Below, piece by piece: positions 35,190-47,874 of a stretch of DNA of 64,000 bases. The number at the start of each line of letters is the position of its first letter. The first letter of the stretch is position 1. The stretch is from Vicugna vicugna (Eukaryota). A model generated the notes under the pieces. The model made no database searches, was not told the DNA's origin, and worked only from the letters and a program-made list of their open reading frames with translations. Where the stretch lies: contig MU058687.1 in NCBI GenBank assembly GCA_013265495.1, positions 2,420,001-2,484,000 of the forward strand, in the 5' to 3' direction. The position numbers and the translations under genes are program-made.

Positions 35190-35905
35190 GCCCCAGAGGA
35201 AGCCTTTTCCAACAATGATAGCTGACCAGCATCTGATAGGCTGTGACTTAAGGAGTGAGCTCCTGGTTGCGGGAAGTCCTCCAGCGGAGGCTGGAGGACC
35301 CTGAATCAGCTTTGCTGCAGAGGGGTTTCCATATCAGGGAAGAAGCTGGAATAAATGAGGGTCCCACATTGGTCCTCTCTGGCTGCTGTAACAAATTGCC
35401 ACAAACTTAGTGGTGTAAAACAACACAGGTGCATTATTTTATAGTTCTATAGGTTAGAAATCGAACATGAATCTCACTAGACTAAAATCTAGGCATCAGT
35501 AGAGCTGTGTTCCTTTCTGGAGGCTCTGGGGAGAATCTGTTCCCTGGCCTCTAGGGGTCTCCTGCATTCCTTGACTTGTGGTCCCCTTCCTCCATCTTTG
35601 AAGCCAGCAACGGTGGGTTGAGGCCTTCTCCCAACACATCACTCTGACCTCTTCTGCCTCCCTCTTCCACATGTAAGGACCCTTGTGATTATATTGGGCC
35701 TGTCCAGATAATTCAGGATAATCTCCCTGTTTTTAAGGTTGGCTGAGTAGCAATCTTCATTCCATCTACAACCTTCCTTCCCTTTTGCCGTGTAATGCAA
35801 CATATTCCCAGGTTCATGGGATTAGGATGTGGACATCTTTGGGGGCCATTATCTGCTTACCGTAGGACCTCTGTGTCCCTTCCCAGCCAGAGACTCAGTG
35901 GTCTT
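35190..35905 (+). mobile_element. L3/CR1 3' end split by an MLT1D insertion (pieces ~35190-35360 and ~35865-35905)
   Basis: AGGAAG...GTGAGCTCC...CAGCGGAGGCTGGAGGAC...GCAGAGGGG on the left; GACCTCTGTGTCCCTTCCCAGC on the right. Confidence 0.6.
35365..35864 (-). mobile_element. MLT1D-like MaLR solo LTR
   Basis: GCTGCTGTAACAAATTGCCACAAACTTAGTGG...AAGCCAGCAACGG...GGGATTAGGATGTGGACATCTTTGGGGG. Confidence 0.9.
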
Positions 35906-36830
35906 ATAATTGGATCACTGGGTCTTTTCAAGCAGCACAAAGACTAGGGCACAAAAGGGCACAACAGCAACAGTCTTCAGATCCCCCCAAGCGCACATCA
36001 CATCTTGACTGTTTGCTTTGAAACCAGAAGGCGGGTTACACCATAATTACCTCTTCATCTATTAGCAGCAATTATGCTCAACTCGGTAGTTGTTCTAGAA
36101 TGACTGTGGACTCAATCTCTTTCTCAGAAAATTCTATGAAATGTCTATGTAACTAAGAAGTCATTACAGAGCACTTGAAATTATAGTGTTACCTGCCTTA
36201 GAAAAACCCCTGCCATGTCCTAGAGAGGAGAGGATGAAGCGGCAGGTAGACAGTAGGGGAGGGGGTCTGCTCCCCTTGAATCCTCATGGCCCCTGAAAGT
36301 TGGAGCATTCTGGGCCTTGGCAGTGCTTGAAAGGTAGTTATACATAATATATGTGTCTCTCATTGCTACTTCCTGGGTGACAGGCATGGAGCTGGGGCTT
36401 TACACACCCCAGAGGCAAGTTCCTGAGTGATGCTTACTCCCCTGCAGGGCCTTCCCAGGCTGAGATGAACATGTGTTTCAAGGACAGAGGGGCTGAGGCC
36501 TCCAGGGATGGGACTAAGAGGTCTGATTGTGAGCTGGGAAAGGCATTCAGGCCTCAGCCTGCCAGAACCATCCCAAGCCAGACTTGTGTCGTTGGCAAAG
36601 GCATGAGCTGAGAAACAGCACTGAACAAGGGAAATGCAAGAAAGAAGCCTATTCTTTAAAGCCTGCAGTTTAGAGCAGAAGAGTGAGGCTGGCTGGTGGG
36701 CTGAAGCCAGGCTGCAGAGAGCCTTCTCTTCCAGGTTAACATTTTTACTCTGTCACCATCAGGAACCACTGTAAAGGTGGGTAGGAACATGGTTGTACCC
36801 TTTAGATAGATCTTTCTGTCGACTGTAGAC

Positions 36831-37053
36831 CCGGGGTAGGCAAACTTTTCCTGTAGAGGACCAGGTAATAAATATTTTAGGCTTTGAGGGCCATCTGCTC
36901 TCTGTCACAGCTACTCAGCTCTACTGCTATAGTGCAAAAACAGCCCAGGAGAGTATGTAACTGAATGTGCATGGCTCCATTCCAATAAAACTTTATTGAC
37001 AAAAGCAGGCTGTGGGTTGGGTTTTCTCATGGGCCATAATTCAACAACCCCTC
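36831..37053 (-). mobile_element. MER58A MITE
   Basis: GGGGTAGGCAAACTTTTCCTGTAGAGG...CCAATAAAACTTTATT...ACCCCT, with TAGA-type hAT flanks. Confidence 0.9.
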
Positions 37054-37169
37054 GTCTAGATGATGAATTTGAAGAGTATGTGTATTCTAAGTGCCTGTAA
37101 CTCAGGATTCCCACCCCCTGCTCTTTTGTTCATTGGCATATTTAAATGGATCATTAGACTGGCTCAAAT

Positions 37170-37350
37170 AACAACAGTGATAGCAATTTATCACATTAAT
37201 ATAACTTTTTGTAGTTGATAGATCTCACTCATATAAACTATTTCACATGATCCTTACATAAGCTGAGGACATAAAGACTCAGGGAGGTTAAGTGACTTGC
37301 TCAGATTTGCACAGCTCATAGGTATTTTTGATTCTACCTGAGATCAGTTT
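37170..37350 (-). mobile_element. MIR SINE
   Basis: GACTCAGGGAGGTTAAGTGACTTGCTCAG...CACAGCT, antisense core. Confidence 0.75.
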
Positions 37351-37899
37351 TGTCAAGGGTCGCATTTTTTCCCCAGTTTCATATTTTTCTTTTATGAGTA
37401 AGAAAATGTGAAGGCTAATTGAGCAGTTCATTCTCTGAGGGTGTTTTAGGATGGTGGGAACTCCTACCCAAATTGCAAATTCCAGAGAGCTACCTGAGAG
37501 CAGCATGAGGTGCAGGCCCGGGGCTCAAGCACACGGCTGGGCTGCACAATGGGGAGGTCTTTCGGACTGAGCCTAGACCTCATCTCTCCCTCTGCAGCAA
37601 GCCAAGAGGATGACTCCTCTCTCAGGAGGACAGCAGCTGTATCCAGGGATTCAACTCCTGGCACCTGGCTTTAGAAGGCTCATTCGTAAGGATGAGGTTG
37701 ACATGGATCAGGTTAAAGGAATACAGAGTTGAGGGCGGATATGCAGGGAATGGGGATGGGAGCCATTTCCTAGAGTGGTAGGGGCAAGGAAAGCTTGGCA
37801 TTACAGGCCCCAATTCAAGACAATACCCTCTGCCCAGAGGTTAGGAACCCAGTTCATCATGATAATGGCTCTTAGTGTGTGAGGGGAAGGAGTGGGCCC

Positions 37900-38830
37900 A
37901 ATGCCCAGGCTTCCCAACTGGCATTTAGTGGGTGTGTCCATGGAGACCAGCATCCAAAAACACACAGGACAATCCTGCACAACAAAAATCGTCTCCTGTC
38001 CCACGTGAATTCCAACAATTCTGCTGGACATTCAGGTGAGTGAAAAACCTCATCTGAGTGGTCTGAGTCTGGACCTAACACTCTTCCACATGCAAACACA
38101 AAGTAATCACTTGCCAAGTTTTAACATCATCAAACTTTCCAGCAATTCATCTCTTGTCAATCAAGGTGAAACTGGACTTTGTTCTGTCGAGGACTTGCCA
38201 CGAATTGTGCACTATTTCAGAAAATGAAATCACAAGATGGGGATGCCATTCACAGTATAGCACTAACTTGGTGGTATGTATTGGTCTGTACTTGTAGCTG
38301 TTGAATTTATAGTGAGTCTACAAATAGGTGCAAGCTTCCAATTCCTTTCTAAGGATCTTTGGTCATATTTTGAAATGATCATAGACTCAAAAGGAGCTGC
38401 AAGTGTAGCACAGAGAGGTGCTCTGTATCCATCACCCAGCTTCCCCCAGTGGAAACATTTTACCCAACTATGGTTCATTACCACAGTCAGGAAATCAAGT
38501 GGCACAGGACAGCTGGCGAGACTACAGACCTTACTCAGACTGCTCCAACTGACTCCTCCTTTATGTCATCTAGTGTCACTGTGCCTGAACATTAATAGAT
38601 TAAAATGCAAGTGGGTTTTGTTATAAATTATTTATATTTTATTTTTTCTATATATTACGCTTAAGTCACATTATTTTTGAAATAAATTACTTTTATTTGA
38701 TTTCTTCCTTGTACCACACTTAGAAGTTGTAATACTACTTATAAATTATGCATTTAGGTAGATTCTATTATTTGTGGATTGCATTTTAGAGTTGTAAAAC
38801 TAAAACATTTGGTGAAAGAGAGGGGTGGGG
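37900..38830. mobile_element. MER20B-like hAT-Charlie element, interrupted by an antisense L1M fragment (~38360-38560)
   Basis: CAGGACAATCCTGCACAAC...GGACATTCAGGTGAGTGAAAAACC...ATAGGTGCAAGC, resuming TTATGTCATCTAGTG...GTGCCTGAACATT. Confidence 0.65.
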
Positions 38831-38965
38831 TTGAAGAACTGATAGGATTAATGCCATCGCAGCTCCCTAACCATCCCTGTCCTTTTGCCCTCATCACTGT
38901 TCCCGCCTGGGTGTTTGTTAGCCATCTTTGTGCAAGAGTGTTTTAGCCCTTTTCTTCTCCTTCTC

Positions 38966-39328
38966 TGTCTTAGCTCAGGCTGCTAGAACAAGTACCATAG
39001 ATTGAGTGGCTTAAGTGACAGATATTTCTCTCACAGTTCTGGAGAGTGGAAGTCCAAGATCAGGATGCCAGTTCAGGTTCTGATGAGGGCCTTCTTCCTG
39101 GCTTGTAGACTGCCTTTTTGCTGTGTCCTCACATGTCAGAGAGGGAGATAGCTCTGGTACCCTCTTTTTTTAAATGCGGGTACTAAGCCCATCATGGGGA
39201 CTCCACCCTCACGACTTCATCTAAACCTAATTACCTCCCAAAGGCCCACCTCCTAGTACCACTGCATTGAGGATTAGGGCTTCAACCTATGAATAGGGGT
39301 GTGTGACACAAACATTCACTCCATAGCA
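38966..39328 (-). mobile_element. MLT1A-like MaLR solo LTR
   Basis: TGTCTTAG...CACAGTTCTGGAG...AAGTCCAAGATCAGG...TAATTACCTCCCAAAGGCCC...CATTCACTCCATAGCA. Confidence 0.9.
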
Positions 39329-40099
39329 GTTTTATACACTGGTTTAGGTTAATTTATTCATGGAAGAGAGGAGTCACATTAATTGTAAAACAGGGTGGTA
39401 CTTCCTGTGGGGAACATCGAAATGAATAAAGTATGGTTCCTGTTCTCCAGGAATGCACAGCTTAGCTGGGGTGTTCAAAGACCCATCCCTCCCACCCCCA
39501 GGACCTGGAGATAAAAATGCAGTAGCATCAACAGCAATGAGCTGTATTTCTCCAGGTCTCCTCTCCCTCCATTCTGGGCCAAAGTCCATCTTTGCGGTTT
39601 CTGGAAGTTCCTAATGGGTATGTCCAGTGGTCTCATTAACAACCACTCTAGCCAGCACATGACAAAACCCTTCTACCTTGATGGCTCGGCGCAGCCCTGG
39701 TACTGCTGAGAACACTCACCCTCACCACCATTGCCCCTGTGGCTGCTGGGAGGATGCTACCTGGGCACAGCCGCCAATATTGCTACCTTTGCCCAAACCC
39801 ACCTTTACAGAGGCAGGCGTAGGTGCTGGGCATCCCCCAGGCCTCCCAAAGAACCCAGTGCCCTGCTTACACCAGGAGCTCCCACCACGGCTATTGCTGC
39901 CACTTCCTACACCAGAGCCCCCCCTCCTGTTGTGGGTACTGCTGACACATTGTACCCTGGAGTCTCCCAAGTGCTGGACCATCTCTGCTGCACGGATGAG
40001 GGAGAATTCCTCCTGGCATTCCCCCATCCCCACCAACAGTGCTGACTTCTGCTCCCAATTGTTCCACAAGATGTGGAGTTAAAACGGAGGAGGGGCAAA

Positions 40100-41680
40100 T
40101 TCAGAGCCAGAATGCCTGCTTTCACATCCAGATCTGCCATTTACTGACTTTGGCCAAGAAATTAAGTTTCTGAGCCTCAGTTTCCACATTAGTAACACAG
40201 ATAAGACAACAGTAACTACCGTATGAGGATGGATGATAATAATAAAACTTAAATAGCATTTCATGTGAAACAAGAACTACTCACCACAACTAGTATCCTT
40301 CCCTTTGCACAGATGTGAGGACTAAGGCACACAGTCACTAACTTTAATTGCCGGCGGTCGCACAGCTAATAAGTGGCATAGTCAGCCTTTGGACCCAGAC
40401 CCTCTAGTCCCACAGGCTATGAGCTTAACCTCTGGGCTGCACTGTCCTCCATGGGAAGCCCTGTTCTAAGTGCTTTGCTTGAAAGAACTCATGTCATCCT
40501 CACAATCCTAGGACACAGACTGTTTATTACACCCATTTTACAGAAGTGACAACTGAGGCAGAGAGAATAAGCAAACAGGATACAGGAGATAATGCATTTA
40601 AAGTGCATAGCACTAATTACATATTAGCTTACTATTTCCAGGATTCAGACATGCGTCCAGGGGGTGGGGTTGGGGGAGCTGTCTGAGGTCTGGGACCCTC
40701 ACTGTGCCACCAACAGCTGCAATAAGGCCAAGCATGGTTAGTACCTCATAAGTGACTTGTAGCACCATCAAGTTTTTAGTTATTGACAGTTTTCAGGGCC
40801 TAAACAGGATTTTTCAGGGTCCTCTAGAGTCCAAGTGCCTTTGTTTGAATCCTGGTTCTGTGGTTTAGTCTTAGTCATGCACAAGAAGTGTGACCTTTCT
40901 GAAATTCCATTTCCACATCAATTATGTAGGTAAAACAATGCCCTGCTACCCAGAATGTGGTCCATGGGCCAGCAGCCTCAGCATCACGTGGGAGCTGGAT
41001 CGACACGAAGAATCTCAGACTCCTCCTCAGACCTGCTGAGTCAGAAAGTCATCTTAGCCAGATCCCTGGGGAGCCGTGCGCATTGCCACACCCATCCCAT
41101 AGTGCTGTTAGGAGGACGATGATAATGACGAATCCCAAATATTTAGATGCGGTGATAGACGCTTAACAGATAATAGCTAAGGTTGTCAAAGTGCTCCCCG
41201 TGCACTAAACCCTTAACATACATTGTTCCACTTACTTCGCTTAATGGGAGGTGTTTTTATAATCTCTGTTTGCGAAAGGGGGTACCAAGGCACGGGAAGA
41301 TTATGTGATTTTCCCACAATACCATGGCAAGTAAGTGGTAGAGGCAGATGCCTCCAGAGTCCTCAATATCAACCACAAGGCTGGATGTTTCCAAAGCACT
41401 GTCACTAGGTCTCCTAATAATGCTGCCATTAATACAATAATAATCACTTTCACTAACTGAATTCCAACTACATGTCAGAGAGTGGGCTCTGTGCATTACT
41501 TAGATTATGTAACTCTCAACAGTCCTATGAGGAAATAATTTCCTTCCCCATGCTAAAACCAACACCTTGAGACCAGATAGGTTAAATAACTTGCCCATAG
41601 TTGCACAGCCAGAAAGTGGTAGTCAAAATTCCAACCAAGCAGACATTTTTCAAAGCCTAGGTTCTCCACTGCACCATGTT
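40100..41680. mobile_element. Cluster of MIR fragments (both strands) with a MER5A piece at ~40945-41075
   Basis: CTGAGCCTCAGTTTCCAC (40150s-40190); CCCATTTTACAGA..ACTGAGGCA (40530s); GGTTAAATAACTTGCCCA (41580s); GTGTGGTCCATGGGCCAGCAGC (MER5A). Confidence 0.75.
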
Positions 41681-42459
41681 GCCTCCTTGGCTTCACTCTG
41701 TCCTCCTTCTGGTTTCAAATTGTGTTTCCACCATAATCTCATAAGATCTGCCCTTACACCCAGGCAGTGGGGTCCCTGTCACCCCACTGCATCTCTTCTG
41801 CTGTGCTCCACCCCATGGGATAAGGATTCCTGGAGCCAAGCCCGTGCCCCTTTGTAGACCACATTCTGCCTATTCCCTGTCCACCTGGCCCTAAATGGCT
41901 TCCAGAACCTATGTGGGCTCTTTCTTGGGTCCACCCTTAGGAGTGAGCTCAACACACCAACATGCTTACTCCAGACCTGGTGGATGGTCGAGGGCAGCTG
42001 TGTGGCAGAGGGTCAAATCTCGGGGTGAGGTGTCCTGGGGGAAGAGAAGTGGGAGAGGCACAGGTTGGGGGGCCCTGTGCACTCCTGTTCCAGCCCACAC
42101 AGGTGAGGGATGTGCCTGGTTTCAGGCCTTGCCCTCCAGTTGTGCACTGCATAGAGGTCCTAGCCATACTTTTCTTAAGTTCCTGGTTGAGGAGCACTTT
42201 GACTTAAACTCCTCTTGGCCGCTGGCACCCAGGACGTAAGTGCTGTGCCCTCTGTAAGTGCATTGAGCTAACATGAAGCCAAGAGATCTTGTTGACTTAG
42301 CCCCAGTTTTAATCCTGGTCATTAACAGGGTGAGAGACAAGGGGATCCCCTATTGGCCACAGGTCCTCAGTCCCAGTGGATGGTCCAATGGGCAGAGACC
42401 CCCTGAGACTGGTCCCCAGCCCTCCTGCCTAGAAGGGAGGGGAGGCAGGCAAGGGTGCA

Positions 42460-43040
42460 GCTTGTCAGGATGTGTGAACAATGCAGGGTGGGCACAGGGG
42501 GTGCACTCAGAAAGATTATCTCACAGTTCAAACTCGTTAATGAAAGAAATAAATTAACCAAGCTCATTTTTCAGGGAATTCTTGTGTAAACTGGAAATTT
42601 TCCAGTCTGTGAGCCCTGTGCCAGGCCCTCCCATAAATCACAGCAAGTAGGCTGTCGGCTTGGCAGAGGGGGAAGGGGCTGGGGGAGGGCGGCCGCGCTC
42701 AGGGGAAGCAAGCCGCTGGCCAGCGGCGGCACCGGGGGACGGCGTTCTCCTGGCACCTTCTCCCTCTGTGAAGCGCAGGGAAAAGAAAACGGAAAAGAAA
42801 GAGCAGTGGCAACCACAGGGCTTCTGCCAGCCTGTCTGCAAACACCCGCCAACGCCCCCAACCTGGGAGAGGACCCCGAAACAGGTCATTTTTTAATTGA
42901 ATATGGTATTAATTACAGCGTGCACCATTAACGGTTTGTGGGATTTGACTAATTAATGTAATAGTTTTTGAGTCACGCTCATTAAATATGAAAATTACGC
43001 TGGTGAAAGGTATTGGTTTCATTATCAATCTTGTATGGAC
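42460..43040. promoter_or_regulatory. Candidate conserved non-coding element / enhancer with CpG-rich centre
   Basis: AACAATG (42477), palindrome ACTGGAAA-T-TTTCCAGT (42590-42606), PBX-HOX CCATAAATCA (42631-42640), CpG-rich 42650-42880, dense TAAT/ATTA and TGAGTCA at 42890-43030. Confidence 0.55.
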
Positions 43041-43339
43041 AGGATGGGGGGCAGGGACCGGCAGACCCCTGGCTGCCTCTTCTGGCGGTGAAGAGCTGTA
43101 CTGGGGTTCCACAACGGAGGGGAGCCTGCAAGCGGCCAGGTAGACGAAGGAGGGAAGCCGGGCCTGAGGGACAGTTGGGAGCAGATTCTCATCAGGCATG
43201 ACCCAGTGACCACATGGAGCTCCGAAAACCAGGTCCCTTGGTTCCTGTCTCACACAGACTCATCCAGGTGAAAACCTTCTCTTAGATACATTCCTCCACT
43301 CGTTCATTTACGCATACATTCAGGTATGGTGCAGCTGAC

Positions 43340-43747
43340 ACTGGTGGCTCGCTATCTAATACAATGCCCACCCCAGTCCCCTCACTCCTAGCCTGCCTCC
43401 ACCTGAGGCTGAAAAGAGGAAATATTTAGATTCCCAGCCTCCTTTGCAGCTAAGGATGGTCATGTGACACCATGTGGCCAATAAGATTTAAGAGGAAGCA
43501 TGACGGAAAGGACAGCTGTTGCTGATGTCACTGTTCCTTGTCTTCGTTTTGGAGCTGTGGCAGTTGTTTTATGACTATGAAGGAAAAGCCTAGAGACATG
43601 CAGAGCTGACGCTGTTGAGCCACTGAACCATGCCCAGAGTCATCTACTCTCAGATTCCTTGTTTTGGGGGGAAATAACCCCCTATTTGTTGAAAACACTG
43701 ATAGTTGTTTCTGTTATTTGCACCTAAAAGTGTTCCTAATAGATGCA
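43340..43747 (+). mobile_element. Old LTR (MLT1I/J- or LTR33-like)
   Basis: TTCCCAGCCTCCTTTGCAGCTAAGGATGGTCATGTGAC...TTCTGTTATTTGCACCTAAAAG..TCCTAA. Confidence 0.7.
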
Positions 43748-44479
43748 ACAATAAAGGCATTAGGCCAGGTGCTATGAGAAGTTCAAACAAGCTTATAATT
43801 TAGTCCCCATAAACAGCAAAAAGATGAAAAATTTAAAAATGCCTACCAGTCAAGGCAGCCAATGCCAAGTGGCAATTGAGTGGCCTGCAAGGGCTGCTCT
43901 TCAGCTGGGGAGCCCCGCAGAGCTGATGATTACTTACAGCTGGGGTGCAGCCTGGCCCTCCAGCGCCCATGACCTGCTGGCTCTCAAATACTTAGATCAT
44001 CACCCGTGGGTATAGCAGCCCGAGTTGTTCATAGGAAGATGGGTGGGGTTGTCCAGGAAGCCTTAGTGCTCAGGGCAGGAGGTGGCTTGGGCTTTAAAGA
44101 AGGGATGGGATTTCCAAAGGCAGAAATGGGAAGTAGGGGGAGGAGAGGAGTACCTCCTACAGTGGGTGAGGAAGAGGCAGCAAGCAAGGCCAGGAGGTGG
44201 GAAAAGGAAAGTCCATTTCAAGGGATGAAGAGTAGCCCCAGTAGGTTACAATGGAGGGAAGAGAGTGTGGATCCCTGCTCTCCGCCCTGCTGCACCCCAT
44301 TCCTACCCTGCAGATAGGCTGCACTGCTGCAATGAATTGATAGAAATAGCAAGTGGTTGAAGAGGGCCTTGAGCACAGGGTGACAGGTAAACTGTATTCT
44401 TCCTGCTTAATACAAGGTTTGACACAGACACAGTTGGCACACAATAAATGTCACTGGAATAAGCAGACCTAAGTCAGGG

Positions 44480-44930
44480 TAGTAGAAATAATAGCAACTG
44501 CCATTTAGTGAGAACCTGGTATGTTCCAGGCACTGTTCCAGGCACTTCACCAGGTTATTTCCTTTGATTTAACCAGGCCAATTTGAGTTCCAAGTCTAAC
44601 TCTGCCTTCCCAAGGTCTGCAGTCTTGAGCAAGTTCGTTGACCTCTTTGAACATCAGTTTCCTCAACAGCAAAATGGTGAGAGTCACAGCTGGTTGGTAT
44701 ATTTATTCTGGTTAATAATAATAACACCACCAATAACAGCTGATATTTGCCAAGTATGCTGTATGTCAGACACTGTGCGGAATGTGTAATGCACACTATC
44801 TCATTTATTCCTTATAATAAGCCTATGAGGTAGGCACTTTTATTATCTGCTTATTATAAACTAATAGCCTGAGGCTCAGAGAAGTTAAGTAACTTATCCA
44901 ATGTCACATAGCTGGTAATAGGAGAATGCT
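44480..44930. mobile_element. MIR SINE cluster
   Basis: CCTATGAGGTAGGCACT...CTGAGGCTCAGAGAAGTTAAGTAACTTATCCAATGTCACATAGCT (minus) plus a plus-strand fragment at ~44580-44700. Confidence 0.8.
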
Positions 44931-45269
44931 AGAAAAGCTGGTTCATGCAGTGGGTGCTGTGGAAAGATGAGGAAAAGAGAAGACGGGGCTTCTTGCCTTG
45001 AAGAGCTTAGCATGTGACTAGGGAATCTCAAAGACAGCAGCCAGCAAACAGGGCCAGTGTCCTGGAGGCCAGTTGTACAATCCTACAGAGGAGGAACTTG
45101 GTGAGGAAGTGATGGGCCACTCCTGAGAAGCGTAGGCTTAGAACCCAAGACGGGCAGGGCAGGATCAGGCCCAGAGTGCTCCAGTCTACAACACCCTCTC
45201 TGTTCCCACCATGGCCAGAGGTGAACTGAAAGTCCAGAGAGGCAAAGCAACATTCCCAAGTGAGCGGTA

Positions 45270-46720
45270 GATGTGCTTCTGGCTGCAAGGTCCTAAAAAA
45301 ACAAAAAACCTGACCTAACAGTAGCTTTGCTCATTTCCTATGATTGCTATAATGAACTACCAGAGGCTTAGTAGCTTAAAACATCATCTTATAGTCCTGG
45401 AGGTCAGGAGACCCAAAGACGTCCTATCAGGCTAAAATCAAGATGTCAGCAAGGCCATGTTCTAGAAGAAAACCCATTTTCTTGGCTGCCTTTTCATCTC
45501 CTAGAGGGGGTCAACTAACCCTTGGCTCATTCCTTAGAAGAGCTCATGGCCCCCTTCCAAATTCAAAGCCAGCACTGGCCAGTCAAGTCTTTATCACATG
45601 GAATCACTCTGACACTCACTTATCTGCCTCTCTCTTCCATCATTTAAGGAACTAAGTGATCACTGTGATGGTTAATTTTATGTGTCAGCTTGGCCAGGCT
45701 ATGATGCCCATTTCTTTGGTCAAACCCAGTGTAGATGTTGCTGTGAAAATACTTTTTAGATGTGATTAAAATTTAAATCAGTAGACTCTGAGTAGAGCAA
45801 ATTACTTTCCCTAATGTGGGTGGGCCATATCCAATCCATTAAAGGCCTAATGAGTAAAGACTGAGATAGCCCCTCAAAGAAGCAATTCTACCTCAGGTCT
45901 GCAACATGGAACCCTGCCTGAGTTTCCAGCCTGCAGGCTTCTGACTCAAGATGGCAACATCTACTCTTCCCTGAGTTTCCAGCCTGCTGGCCTGGCCTGC
46001 ACTATATATATTTCAAACTTGCCCGCTCTCGCAACCCCAAGGGCCAATTCCTTATATATACATCCTGTTTCTCTGAAGAATCCTTACTAATACAATTACA
46101 TTGGGTCCACACAGATACTCCAGGATAATTTCCCAAGTCAGCTGATTAGCAACCTCAACTCCATCTGCTACCTTTATTCCTCGTTGCCATTTCCTAACAT
46201 TTTCACAAGATCTGGGGATTAAGACATGAACATCTTTGGGGGTGGCAGACTTTATTCTGCCTATAGTAAAAGCATAAACAAATAGAGGTTTATTTTCCTC
46301 CCATAAGAATATGTCTAGGGGTGGAAGATGGGGCTTGGGGGCAGTGCTTTATGACTCAGGCTCTTTATGGCCTTCCATATATTGGCTTTGGTTCTTAAGC
46401 TTGCCACCTCATGCTCACAAAGCGGCTGCCTCAGCTCCCAACATTATAGCCTCCTACCACTATGCTAAGCAGGAAAGAAGAGAATAGGCAGAAAGGGCCT
46501 CCCCTTTCATTCAAGGCAACAAACCTCCCCTGGAGGTTTCTACAGACTTCTCTGCATATATTGGTGGGACCTGCATTACACACTTATGTCTAGCTGCAAA
46601 AGACACTAGGAAAGTAAGTATGTGATTTTGCATACTGTTTAGAGAGAGGCAGGTGAAACAGAGGGGGTTTGGAATAGCTTTGGGTAGCCATGCTGTGACA
46701 TCTGCCACGCAAGTTCACAC
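45270..46720 (-). mobile_element. Old MaLR LTR (MLT1K/L-like) containing an MLT1D-like LTR (~45330-46265)
   Basis: Outer: GGCTGCAAG..AAAACCTGAC.AACAGTAGCTT, resuming AAACAAATAGAGGTTTATTTT...ATCTGCCAC. Inner: TTTCCTATGATTGCTATAA...GGGGATTAAGACATGAACATCTTTGGGGG. Confidence 0.7.
45664..46094 (+). mobile_element. MLT2B-like ERVL solo LTR
   Basis: TGTGATGGTTAATTTTATGTGTCAGCTTGG...TGTTTCTCTGAAGAATCCTTACTAATACA; 5-bp TSD ATCAC (45659-45663) / ATTAC (46095-46099). Confidence 0.9.
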
Positions 46721-47874
46721 AGCTTTGCATGGCAGACGTGGGACTGAGCAGAGTCCTGCAGGTGGCTGGTGGCCTCCCTGGTCCTGTTGAAACAAGCAGA
46801 TTGTCTGCACAAATCAGGGCAGCCTTGTGGTAGGAGCAGGGCTCTTACTGCTGTCTGAACTTGGGCTCTGTCTCATCAGTGAAGCGGGGTTGCTCTGATG
46901 ATGAATGAGATAAGCTGTGTAGATTTGTTTGGTAGCAGAGTGTTACTTTTACCCGGAAATCACAGCCCTGGGGCTGGAAAAGCTGCAGAGGGAAAACAGG
47001 AGTCCTAGCCCTAGGGATCCAGCCCATCCATCACCAAAGGTGCAGCCCTCCATTCCCAAAATACTGTCTCCACCCCTCAGGCCAGCCTGGCAAGTTCTTT
47101 ATTGGTACCATTGGCTATTCTTGTTAATTAATTAGTGTTTGCTGAGTGAAGGAGAGAGGCCCATTTGGGCCCAAAACTATTTCAAGCTGCCAGGGGCCCA
47201 GAGCAGAGCAGGAGAGATTTCAGCAGGAACAAGGAAGACAAAGGCCCTCGGAGGAAAATCAAAGTCCCCTTCACTCCGGGCTCTCTCCTCCCAAGCACAG
47301 CAAAGGGAACTGGGGACACCGGGCCTGTTGGCGACAGTGAGTGACGGCAGTGAGAACCCTGGGGAGGGGGCCGTGCCAGCTTCATTATGTTTATGGCCCT
47401 GGCTTGGCGGACTCCTGGGTGAGCTCAAGGGGTGGCTGCGTGCCAGGTCTGGGGCTGGGAGAGGCAGCGGCCACAGTGGGATGAGGGGAGAGAAGGAGGG
47501 GGCACAAGGTGAGGAAGAAGGGGAGCAAGACAGCGAGTGTCTAAAAATGAAACTCTGGTTGAAAGGTTGTTTCTTTCATTTTAAAGAAAGAATTAAGGGA
47601 TGTTGCTTGAGAAAAACAGACAGGGAGAACTGAAAAAAAGGGAAAGACAGAACAATAGACAGAAGGACAGGGAAGGACAGGAAGGGACAGGATAGGGGAC
47701 CAGGAATTAACAAAGCTGGGCACAGGATAAGGTGTCTGTGGGGATGGGGGGAGGGGTTATACCTCAGAGGCCAGGGAACTTGCTCAGGTCTCAAAGAATG
47801 GCTTTGAACTTGGCTTCTCTGACCCCAAAGGCCAAGCTCTTCACTGGGCCACATGCTATGACTAAGAAATTGTA

